From positions 25,048,001-25,112,000 of the forward strand of contig CATNEN010000001.1 in the NCBI GenBank assembly GCA_950097015.1: a stretch of 64,000 nt of DNA, given 5' to 3'. Both the position numbers and the translations under genes were made by a program. The notes under the pieces are model-generated. The model was not told the origin of the DNA. It was given only the letters and a program-made list of their open reading frames with translations, and searched no databases. Source of the stretch: Macrostomum hystrix (taxonomy: Eukaryota; Animalia; Platyhelminthes). Positions 22,701-33,113 of the stretch are shown here, in pieces; within the stretch, counting starts at the first letter, position 1; each line of letters begins with the position of its first letter.

Positions 22701-24382
22701 GCCACACAAGACGAATTGAGGCGAGACGAGACGAGACGAGACGAAGAACGTTCATGCCAAATCAATGCAGGCCGGCGGACGAGAACGACGCTGATGAGAT
22801 GAAAGCCAGCAGGTGCTGGCAGAAAATAATTCTACATTTGGGTTCGATTTCGTTCGGGCGCCATGTGCCCCACATTGGGCGCCATGTCTTGATTTCAAAT
22901 TGAGTCCTCGCAGTAAGAGCCGACGGCTGTGAGCCAATTCAGGCCGAGAGTCAAAATATATTTAAGTTTAACAGAGCGATAAGGAAGGGGGGTTGGCGGT
23001 ACGATAACAAGAGTGCGCGACTGAGGGTAGGAGAGGAGGCTAGAACGTGAGCGGCGGACCAATCAGAGACGAGGAAAGAAAGAAAGGATAGAGAATGAGA
23101 GATCAGCCGCAGAGATAACGAGAGAGAAAGAACTAGATTGAACTGGACGATGTAAACAAGAAAAGTGCAGAAAACGAAAGAGTGAATAGAGGACAGAAGG
23201 CAGAGACGAAAGTCGCGACATGCCCGTTTCACAATCGACTGAACTGAAGCTACGAAAAATTAGTAGGGTCTACCGCTGTTAATTAGGAAACAAATTAGTG
23301 TTTTGGCTGGCTGAGATTTTAACTCAACTACATAGTTACGCCCGTAGAGTGGGCACAATTCCGCAAATCAATGTCCTATAATTATGTCTTCTTGCTCTGC
23401 ACAGGGCAGCTACAGTAGCCTCATTTTCGCGTTTTCAATGCGGTCCGTGCGCACAAGAGAGGAGCGAGGCAAGACAGCCTACCTGCCTGCCACCTTCTGG
23501 GTGAGTAAAATGAGTTATAATTATCTCTTTAAGTGGTGGCCGAACTGATACAGGAGAGGCGTGGCAAAAATCATCCGTATATTCGCTTCTTTCAGGGCTT
23601 TACTCTCATCGGCCGACTATCAGGGATATTTCTCAGTTTGAAATTGAGCAGCACAAGCGTACTGCTGATCGATATGGTGAGGATCACCGTTCTGTTAGCC
23701 AAAACCACAATAAACTAAAACTAGTCAAGAAGAAGCAGTCCAGTGCAATTTTTTAACAGGTCGGTCTCATAGCAGCTGGAATGCTGTTTCTGCTTGGCCA
23801 AGAGCGCATCGGGATCTTGTTTGTCGCCACAGCCGCCACCGGTTTCTTTGTCAGCCACTGCATGCCCGCCCTGCTGGCTCGAACGGAGCAGCTGATACAG
23901 GTTACAAGTGAGTCCGTTTGGTCTGCCTGTCTAATTGTGCTGTCACCTATATTAATTGTCTCGTCAACGACGAATCAACTTCGATTAATTCCAGAGGACG
24001 CAACAATCTGCCTAATATCTTCAGCTGCCTTTGGAGAGGCTCTGCTTCCAGTTGTGATGGCCTCTGTAAGTATTTATGAATCTATCTTTGATATTTAGAG
24101 TTGACCAGTTGTCAAGTTGTCTCTGTTTCGGTCTCGGATTTGCAGGTGATGCACGGTTTGGGCACGGGTGCCTATCCGATTGGCCATTTTGGATTCGTCA
24201 TTCTGGCCTGCTGCCTCTGCTGCCTGTACATCGGCGTCGGGCACCGAGCTATAGGCGGATCCAAGCGAGAGTCCACAGATCCACCACCAGCGCTGTCAAT
24301 GACCGCAACCAATTACGGATCACAGCTGAACAGCAATCCGGATGAAACAAAGACTTCGAGCGGTGGAAATGGGGCAAATTAG
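13765..24382 (+). CDS. MFS transporter, MFSD4/NaGLT1-like. Exons 13765-14066, 20102-20543, 21877-21964, 22057-22163, 23405-23500, 23596-23676, 23760-23907, 23995-24065, 24146-24382.
   Basis: All introns are GT-AG and phase-consistent. Motifs include GMSDASLGAALPGL, AMGLLEG..NAQMLRLYRSEAGPFLQAMFFFQSLGAFVSPLI, AYLPATFW|GFTLIGRL and SSAAFGEALLPVV, typical of MFSD4-family carriers. Confidence 0.85.
14195..15118. repeat. 22-bp intronic minisatellite (TGTCAAAACACTGTAAGAACGC)n, about 40 copies
   Basis: Direct periodicity with occasional 11-bp half units. Confidence 0.96.
15122..15223 (+). repeat. Six perfect 17-bp repeats (AGTGTTAAATTATTTGC) forming the RTE 5' end
   Basis: Units at 15122, 15139, 15156, 15173, 15190 and 15207, all inside the TSD. 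Confidence 0.95.
15240..18407 (+). CDS. RTE polyprotein: Arg-rich N-terminus, APE endonuclease and reverse transcriptase (1055 aa)
   Basis: APE motifs ATFNCRTL, MLQE, YAPT, GDLNA, LDHVL, SDH. RT motifs APGPDEVP, IPKK, RGISLMS, QNGFRP, FVDFLKAFDSV, GVLQGDTLAPFLF, YADD, YLG. RTE-type C-terminus RLRLAGHVIR...GPRRRG. No stops or frameshifts. Confidence 0.95.
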   Translation: MPPPPGDAGVPSACLGQHGEPRPGAAAAKCGRSGGRRGQRSTRRRTERRRERNRRGRMKGRLRQSAGNTDLPTPAQSAPPGGAGDREAHQHRAPAFTNRALRLATFNCRTLKSAWRRGMLAKLASDLRLDLVMLQEVSITAESGLHREDLGSGWTLHYTSADSRGRGGVGVLVGPRLRESICCVSLSARLLRVDVRLRRRNVRLFCAYAPTAAHQQEAQEFFEFLSEQLEMVAHRDTVVMLGDLNAVAPRSQRCPFVSPRQNANTAALADLMARLDLVSANTRFRKPPNRLATFAGCKRRRRNARGRFATTRLAQLDHVLIRHRERSRLQNCDTMEPLAVRSDHRLLYCDLRLSDPLYRPPKRPRRRYFRALQDPGTRSRFAYAFATALGSAQAPDYSTISSAIATAAAKTLPLMEPASRQLPVWASDPEVREARRTVEQLRRARRPTSDAEKALADAYASRQKAAVDDAIRAVTSVGPERQNRVVWPVVNALTGRKTKAALNLAGDTAEERRNELRTFFAAIVNAPPPTLPNEMPLPPEVALPRQEDFDTSPVTSTDIVEFARRAPGGRAPGPDEVPVEALRVTRVATEVARVMNGVLAGGPAPREWTQATIVGIPKKPGTTKKEEHRGISLMSCAAKLFNRVLLARLQPVLDSFLRYEQNGFRPRRGTVTQILALRRIIEEARIHQSSLVVIFVDFLKAFDSVARGALPHVLRAYNIPQQLISAIMALYQDTTAVVATPDGPSDLFSTTSGVLQGDTLAPFLFVLVMDWVLRTGLPTAEDGFLLQRRTSRRHPEKKLSVLGYADDLALLSTTAEGAQRLLDGLTAAAARVGLAINAMKTEVLTVPQNLPAEIRLRDGDGPGTVLPKCRQFVYLGGLVPDVGDDLARRRGKAWAAYRSVRAVLLSEALSNGARSQLFQAVVETALLYNAETWTMTGALEAQLDAAHAALVRAAFGARRGPGSETTESLYQRARLTRPSVLLSQRRLRLAGHVIRAEAYCPEPLQDVLLWTSQGPRRRGQGRTARYIDRLFEDARAPSQAAGVKHVRDLALKRAF
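19662..20022 (+). mobile_element. SINE family A copy, near full length
   Basis: tRNA-like head, body hairpin CTGCCTGAC-GATGAGAAA-GTCAGGGCAG, 3' stem GGCTGCGGG..CCCGCAGCC, ATT-type tail. Confidence 0.9.
20690..21490. repeat. 23-24-bp intronic minisatellite (CCATCACCGGAAGTATCCCTTCCC)n, about 30 copies
   Basis: Direct periodicity. The overlapping ORFs (ITGSIPFP / SPEVSL) are repeat translations. Confidence 0.95.
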
Positions 24383-26660
24383 ACTAGAAAAACACGGATT
24401 GTCGCCGTGTTTAGCCTAACGACAATTCATTCGGATTGCATGCATCATTTTAGTCTTTGTTTATAGAATGGCACATTTCAAATGGTAATTACTCTATAAG
24501 CTAAGCCCTCTGTTACGTCTTCTTGTGATCTTGTGCCACACCTTGTGATTTTTAGACGAATGCGTTGTATTTATCGGATGGTATCTGTTGCAATTCACAC
24601 TGGCATGAATTTTTTAGATAAAATACTCGTAGGTAGGTGGGTTCACTAAACATAATATTTTATAGCTCCAGTGTTCAGCTCAAAAGTGTGTTCTTAACCT
24701 AAACTCTCTTAATCTACACTTAAACTTCACTTTCTGACTTTCCATTAGTTTTGCTTTCAAAGAGGATATGCTTTAATTGTTACTCATTCGAGAGTGCTGT
24801 CATGCGACATTGGTGAAATCTTTCAATTCGATAACACTATATTTTCGGCACCAATTTAAATCCTGCTGGTTATGTAAAACATGGTGGTGACTGGAGTTAT
24901 TTTTATGGCTAACTACTTGCAGTAGCGCAAGTCACAAATACAATCAGATCAGCTGCCTGCCTGGTGAGATGTACGAGCAAACAAGTCAAACATAAGTTAA
25001 TAAAAGCTGCGTGGATAATAGTCTTGTTATTTATTGCGATTCCCTACTTATAGTAGATAGAATGAGCATGAAAATAGATTTGAAAACCTATGACTAAATT
25101 ATGCTTTAGTGAAAAATAGTAAATATTAATCGGAATAATATTAATGATAATAAATGCAATGCAACAACAAATGTGCAAAGGTTCAGACCCAAAAATAATA
25201 TGATATTTTGTATAAGTAGATAAGATCTGTAATAAAAATATATAAATGCATAAAAGTAGTGGCAGCCTGAAACTTAGCACTAAAGTGCGAATTTCCCTGA
25301 TTACTAATTTAGATTTACTAAAATCAGAAGGCTGGAATACTTCAAAATCTGTTTAGGACTTCTACTGTCTCGAAATTCTGGTGATAAAAATGTAAAATTT
25401 AGTATGAAAGCTATTCAAAAAAATTATCTGTAAAATCCTACAAATGGGATAAATGCAAAAGCAGATGATAGCAGCTTAGAACCACTCAGGGACTGCTCAA
25501 TAATCTGAAACATAATAAATGTTAGGTCGAAAACAACAGCTCAACACCTGCCTTAAGCGGTAGTTTTGGCACAAACTGGACTCAAACTAGCCATGTTAAC
25601 AATTGTGGCAATAAAAAGAAGTCAACACAATGAGCAGATAACAGTGCCGGCATGAACAGCAGTATTTGACTTTTTTCTCTGTTTTAGTTCTTTCTGCTGT
25701 TAGCCGTTTTCTCTCACATCATCATGCAAAAGTTGCCAAAGTTAAGAGAAAAAAACCTGAAACAAACAATTCGATCAGACAATTCAGAATAGTAGCGCAA
25801 ATTCATGTGCCATTACATTTTAATTTATCATGAACAAGCAGCAGTGCTTCATTTCCTGCAGAGGTAACCAATCTTTTGTAGCAGTATTTTTTCTTTCTTT
25901 TTTTAACTGCAGGAAAGTTACTGACAAGGCATTAAAGGCAATCAAGCAAAAAGACTGTTATAAAAAGCAGGTGACATTGTAACGGGTTTTGGATTGATTT
26001 TATTATATAACAAAAATAATAATTTACATAAAACATATTAACTAATTTTGTTTAAACTATCGCACTAGAGTGACAAGGTACTTTTTATCTACGAAATAAT
26101 TTATCGGATACAAAATGGCAGAGGCATCAAAGCATGCACTAAAGTGTGGTACAAGCAGACACTATACCACACACAATGGGACAGGATAGCTAGTGTATGC
26201 ATTCATTGTGTACTCTATAGAGTTATGGCAGGTATGAGAAAATAGTAATAAAAAAGTCAGCACTGATGGAAAACGACTGCGGCCTGCTCTACAGCTAGTC
26301 CCTGGGCCAGTAAACTTAAATAATAGGTAAAAAGGTACCTGTATCAGCCCGGGTAGAAAGTAGGAGTGAGGTGGGTGACGTTGCTGCGTCACGGTGATTG
26401 GCTAAAAGTACGGTCCTACTGGACTAGGCTTAATTGCTATTTTATCTATGCCCTAATAGGCAGAAACACCTGCCTCATAGGACCTAAACCTATGACCTGC
26501 TTCATAGGTTTATTAACCTCATAGGACAAAACCAACATTTAATGACTCGATGGGTCACAGCCAGACGCTAAACAGTCCCAAACTGACAAGCCAGAAGCCG
26601 TTTCCCATACAAGAGCACCCCAGACAGTTGTCTCAACGAGTCCCCGCAGTCAGACCGCCA

Positions 26661-29600
26661 TCACAAGGCCAGTTGGCTGATAGCGTCATTCCGCCGCTTG
26701 TTCAGAAAGTTGCGCAGATCCTCCGTAGATCGACTGGGCGAATCGTCGCCGCCAGATGGCGTAGGCGACGCCGAATGCGAAGAGGAGCCAGCAGTAGCGG
26801 CGGGGTCGGTGGCAGCCGAGGATGCCGGATCATCGCCTGCTCGATGACGATGTCGCTTGCGACGATGCTTGTGCCGCTTCTGCTTGGAGTGCTTCTTTGC
26901 TTTTTTCTCCGGTGGCGGCTGCTGCTGCTCCGCTTGCTGCTGCTGCTGCTGCTGTTTCTGTTTGACCCGCTTTATTTTAACAACCGGCGACGCTTTGGCG
27001 TCATCGCCAGATCTGCGACGCCGACGACGAGGGCTGCGGCTGCGACATCGGGATCGGCCTCGACGCCTTCGCCGCTGGCGCCTACCGGCAGTGGAGGAGC
27101 CGGCGGAGCGGGATCTGGATCGAGACCTCGACCTGGACCTCGAACGGGACAATGAACGAGTCGCGGTCAGGGGCGCAGGTCGGCGTACTGAGCTAGAGAG
27201 TATCGATGCCACAACCTCAGAGGAGGTGCTAACAGTGGCAGCTGCAGCGGCCTGAGCGGTTGAAGCCGGGTCCACCGGTTGAGCAACAGACGCCGCGTGC
27301 TCTTGCGGTTGCACTGCGGGCATCATGTCGCTAGGCGGATGTGGAAAAACCATTGGAGCAACAGGAGGAAACTGCGGATGATAGCTCGGATGCTGAGTCT
27401 GTTGATGATGAGCTGGAGGATGCTGCAGATGTGATGCCATGGGCATCGGATAGCCCGAAGAGTGTACGAACATGGCAGCCTGATGCGGTGGCGGCTGCTG
27501 CGTGGCCAGGTGATGCGGTGGCGGCTGCTGCGTGGCCAGGTGATGCGGTGGCAGATGCTGAAACCTTGGCGGCATTAGGTGATGAAAATTTTGTGGAACC
27601 GGCTGCATGTTTGGTTGCTGTAGCTGGAGCGGAGGCTGGAAGCGCTGCTGCTGTTGATGTTGATGCTGAAATTGCTGGTTAGGCTGCTGTTGGTGAGGCT
27701 GCTGCTGATGCTGAAGCTGCTGGTGAGGCTGCTGCTGATGAGGCTGCTGCTGGTGAGGCTGCTGATGCTGAAGCTGCTGGTGCTGAAGCTGCTGGTGCTG
27801 CTGTTGCCTTTGGAACTGAGCAGGCAGCTGCAGCGGCTTCACCTGTTGCTTCTGCTTTGCCGACGACGTTTTTAAAACCGAATTGGACGATGACTGGGAC
27901 ACGGAGCGGGACAGCGCACGACCGCGTCCAGCGACTGTTGAAGAACCCGACGCAGCAGTCGAAGGCTCCGCTGATGCGGGCGTTGGCTCGTCAAACTGTA
28001 AATCACTGCAGTCGTCCAGCACCAGCTCGTCAACCGCATTGAATATCTCAACTGAGTCTTCGTCAGCCTGGTCAGACGGGTCCTCCGCCGCATCGTCCAC
28101 CGACTTCTCCTGCTCTTCGCCCGCCGACTTTACAGACACTTCATCAGCATCCTGCGCTTCAGGAACAGCATCATACAGCAGATCCTCGACATCATTTCTG
28201 TCATCAACATCGGACAGCGCATCGGACGAAGACGACGAGCGCAGCAGTGAGTCCTCTTCGTCTGTGTCCACTAGGGCGCCGGACTTATTGGCTACAGCAG
28301 TCGGGAGCTCGGCAGCAGCCGCCGCAGTGCCAGTTTTCGCACTTAAAGCATCGTTGCCTAGCAACACTGAAGGAGACGCTTTGTTTGAATCCAACAGCGG
28401 CAATTGAGCCGGATGCGCCAAAGCCTCAACATCAAAGCTGTCCTTAGCATTGTCAAAAGCCGCCTCTTCTTCCTCGTCTTCTTCGTCCTCATCTTCATCG
28501 TCGTCGTCTCGGATTCGGTCGAATTTGCCATGCCCGGTGAGGCGCTGATTAGAGGCCTGTCTTGACTGCTGCTGCTGCTGCTGCTTCTCCATTAAGCGAT
28601 GATTGTAATAGTTATGGTTACTCTGTTGCGATGCTACTGGAGGCGCTGCCATGGAAACAGATGCGTTTGACGAATACGGGCCAGCGTTGGTTGTCGCTGC
28701 GGTGCTGTTCGCAATCTGTGTGAGTACTAGCAGGTTGTTGCGCCGATTGCAGCTCTGTGTGCGGCAAAAGTAGAAAATTGCGGCATCATTCTACCTACAG
28801 TAGTAGCAAAGGTTTTAAAACACGGAACTTTCACTTTAGATAAAAAATATTACCTTGAAGCCTCTAGAGTCATGGCCCGATTGAATATGCGACTGAGACT
28901 GGGCATTAGCCAAGTTAGACGGCTTTGGCTGCTGTTGACTCTTGGCAGTAGAAACAGGCGGTGGGGCAGCAGGGAAAGGTTTATCACAGGCAGGGGGTGT
29001 AGCACTGCTGCGCTTGGAATTACCCCGAAGGCTGGCCAGTGCAGCCAGGCGCAAACTCTCCAAGTCATCCTAGGAAAATGGTGATGGCCATTGTAGAAAT
29101 CATAATTATTTATTTTTTAAACTCGTTAATAAAGAAACAAAGTTTCTTATCTGTCTAAAATAAAGCCAAATTTCAAAACACCGTTTATTTAAAAGCTTTC
29201 AAAAACTTAGCCTGTTATTTTGCTACAATTATTATAGTATTTAACATATTTATTAGCATAAGGTCCAATTTGTTTATGTTCAACTTTACTGGATTAAACC
29301 TAACTTATTAATTATTAATATGATTAATATAATTATAATTATTACTAAAGGGTAAATCCAAAATAATCTACATACTACCAAAAAATATGTCCCAGGCAAT
29401 TTAAATTTGCAAAGGAAGAAATATGGTAGGCGAGTCTGGTCTTAACCGAAAGGTTTTTATGATTACTACAAATAGAAAAACAGTTGAATCGGTAATAAGC
29501 AGTCAGAAAAAAGTTATAGAAAACGAAAGTTAAAAAGAATGCGAATTCCCATGTCCCAAGGAGAAGTGGCTCAATAAAACAGAAAACAGTAAATAAACAG

Positions 29601-31416
29601 GTGAGTATATAATAGTGACATTGTTCTTTTTAAACTTCAAATATGTTTCTAAACTTTGTTTTAATGTACAGTTTTTTTCAAATTGTAGATTTCTAAACAA
29701 ATTTTGGTCAATGTTTGTCCCATAAATCTTGTGTCCAGTAGCCGACTCAGAAGTGTCGAGTAGCCGACGCCAATAGTTCGAACACTGAGTAAATATACCA
29801 GTCTTTTGAAATTTGATATGGAAAGGGCTCATATCAGTGTTTTAATATATATTAAGTCAAATATATATGCTTTCGAGCAGGTGAAATGAGGGCCAAGCAA
29901 GGTAAGTCACAAAAACCAATTGACCAAGTGCAAAAAAATCAAAGGGAGGACCAAGGGACAAAAAAGGAAGGCGTGAAGAAGGAAAAAAGGGGAGAGAAAA
30001 AGAGAGCAAATGAGAGCAATAGTCATAAATGAAGTCGTAAATAGAGCAATGACAATGAAACGAACTAAGTTGCAAATGAGAGCAAAAACTAAGTCGCACA
30101 GCTGGCTAAGATTTGGGAGGTTGCGCATGTATGCTTTCGAGTATTTAAAGCAGACGTATAGAATGAACAGCATGCTATGTTTCAAGGCACAAAGTGTCCA
30201 TAGCCGACACAGATACTTGTAAAAATATTTTGTAATCATTTATGCTCCACTTTTTAGGTGCTTGTACAATTATTTATCTAGTAACATAGTATACAAGCTG
30301 AAAGTTTTGTTTTCCAAAAACATTGCTTTGAATACTTTCTTGTCACATAATAGCACAACCTGTCCATAGCCGATGCCTATCGAATAGCGTCGGCTATGGA
30401 CAAAATGACGTTGGCTACTGATGCATTCTGATGGAAAAAAAAATTCTGATGCATTTCTTGTGCTTTTCTTGATGATTTTATTGTTCTATATGTAGTTCTG
30501 TAGCACTTCGTTGAAATCCATTACAATCAAAGAAGTAAAACTCCTCGGACATAATTTTTGTAGATAATTTTGGATTTATCCTAAACATGCCGGTCAATAT
30601 TATCCTAAACAAGCCACCTGGTGAGCAACTCACCATTCCTAGGCAATATCCCAGCTTTAGTTACCTGTGGTTGCTACTTTGCTAGGGACTAGAAATTGCA
30701 TTTGTTATATATTTGTTCCTCTTTTTTACTATTTTGCTACTTTCAATTATAGGCCTAGTATAACATTAAAAATGCATGCTCAGTGTTCAGGACAAATAAC
30801 GATTAAGATTAGCTAAGAATCAACTACATTTTCAATAAATGACTAGTATAATGATTTTGTAGCAAAAGCAACTCACAGTCACAACCAAAAAAATTGTTGT
30901 CAAAAATTGTTTGCTGACCAAATGAATAGTACAAACTCTTTTTTTCTATAGCTTATTGGATTTTCAGCAAAAAAATACATTAAATTTGAGTATACATGTC
31001 TATGGCATGACATAGTTTCCAATCAAGTTTACTTAATTTATAGGCCCCTAATATAAAAAAGTTAAGTTTAATAGCCATTGTCTAGAAGGTGGCTTGTACT
31101 CCAAACTAGTTTGGCATACATTAAGGTCTAAAATAGCTATTGGTGCACACTTGGAATACATTTAGGGGCCCATATGTAAGTAAATAGAAGTAATACAAAT
31201 AAATCAAGTTGGATGTTACAGTATAACAATAGTTTTTAAATAAATCTAGCCATTAAAGAAAGAAAAGTTCGACATAACAATAGAGTTAGGTAGCCCAATA
31301 ATTCTTATAAATTTAATGATATTTTTTATTTTTTGTTAGGCCCACCTAATGAAATAACTTAGCTTAGTACTTACCAAATCATCATCTCCTTGACCTGATA
31401 GAGCAGTTGATTCCAT
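26661..31416 (-). CDS. Low-complexity nuclear protein (acidic, Q/H/P-rich, RS/KH-rich). Exons ~31416-31375, 29069-28854, 28754-26661.
   Basis: The 663-aa ORF extends through phase-0 junctions: MESTALSGQGDDDL|DDLESLRLAALASL...SRGFK|SCNRRNNLLVL... It has an RSRSRS tract, basic NLS-like clusters and a C-terminal DLRNFLNKRR. I recognise no family. Confidence 0.75.
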
Positions 31417-32139
31417 CTTTAAAAGCTGACTTAAAATAATGCAGCAAACACAATGATTGGTAAAGAAAATGAGTAGTATAGTATAAAGTATTTTATATTT
31501 AATGAGCTTCTTTGTATGTGACCGCTGTTAAGGGGTCTATTTTACTCAAGTAAACAATTTTCAAGCATTTTCTATTCGAACTTCAAGTCTGTAACCCTTG
31601 TTTTAGGGCCTAACTGGGAATATAAAATAAAACAAGAGTAAAAAATACTCAGGTCTGCATATATTCAACCTGTTAACAGTCAGTGAGTCAGTCTTTATAT
31701 ATACTATTATTAACACAGAAAACACTTAGAAAGAGATTAAATGTAACGAGCCCTGTTAAAAAATTGAAAAAGAAATTTTAAATAAGCGATGGAAATCAAG
31801 CATTACAGAGTTAAACAAACATTGGCTATTGAATTTCCTTTGCACAAGGTATGAGTCGTGTTAAATTATAGTATAACATATAATTTATTAATAAAACTTT
31901 AAGTACATGCTATCGGATATTTAGAAACGCTAACAAACGGTTTAGTACCACAGCTTCGAAACAGTAAAATTCAATATGGTGGCTGAGTTTCTCAAGCGTA
32001 CGAATTTCGTAGGGAGACTAACGAAAAATTGGATTCGCCTTTAAAAGCTTCTAAAATAAATCTCGGAAGCAGGCGTGATAAACAAAAAAAATTAGGTTTG
32101 ACAACAAAATTTTATGTATATTATGCGATAATAACGGAG

Positions 32140-32330
32140 CCATCTCCCTGTCAGCAATCACACATGCATGCACTTTCTCATCGTCGGGCAGTGTACCCAG
32201 AATTTTCTTGCTCTTCGTATTGGCCTTATGGCCCGGGTAAATTTTAAGAAGCCACATTACAGCTGCAGCGTTCTCTCCGTGGATGTGCCTCAAAAAGATG
32301 CCGCCCTCGGCCGCTAATTTGTTTGTTCAG
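32140..32330 (-). mobile_element. Degraded SINE family A copy
   Basis: CTTTCTCATCGTCGGGCAGTGTAC and downstream similarity to the reverse consensus. Confidence 0.6.
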
Positions 32331-33113
32331 GCCGGAACTTTGGCGTTCTAACAGAGTCAGACGGGTGACTGCCCGCCTAACACCGGACCACACTAAATAT
32401 ATTATTATTAATCGAATAAATAAATGCATGTATTGTGCATGGGAGCTTTGACGCTTTGATTTATTTTTGTTTACATTAGGTTGTTGTCAGATTGCAGAAT
32501 TGCGATCGTCATTGGGAATTTTTCGGGTCTGATAGTCATATATGGAAGCGCGTTGCTTAAAATTAAGTGAACAAAATAGAAAAAATCTCACACGTTTTGT
32601 AAATAACCACTTTAAAAGTATTTTAGTTAGTGAATAATCACACTTTTAAAGCGCGTGTATAATGTTTAAATATATTCCCTACAGGTTTAATTGAATAAAT
32701 TCGCATTATTAAAAAATGTAAACGTGAATTTCGAGGATAATTAAAGCCAACGTTATTCAAATCATAATGAAATATAACACGCTCATATAACATACAATCT
32801 CTGATAAGATATAGCACACTTACTAGATAAGCATACAAGCAAAGTCCTTGTTTAAATTTAAGGACATGATTTAAGTTTTCACAAATTTCATCATGTAATC
32901 ATGTCGGTCATTGTTGACTATTTTGATTGATTAAATGGATTGATTGATTAAACTTTTTAATTTTGTTTTTGAACCAATATGGGTATGGGTATTTGAAATG
33001 CCCCGTGGTCTGCTTTCCCCAGGGGGAAAATAGGTCTTTCTACTGTTTAGCTGTTTAACTAATTTAAGGTTTCGCTGTCGTGTGACTGCCCGTTAGACAA
33101 AGACTTTATTAGA

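Noticed and set aside
22788-22825. Minimal hammerhead CTGATGA-GAT-GAAA-GCCAGC..GCTGGC
   Set aside because: There is no stem II, and stem III is followed by AG rather than UH.
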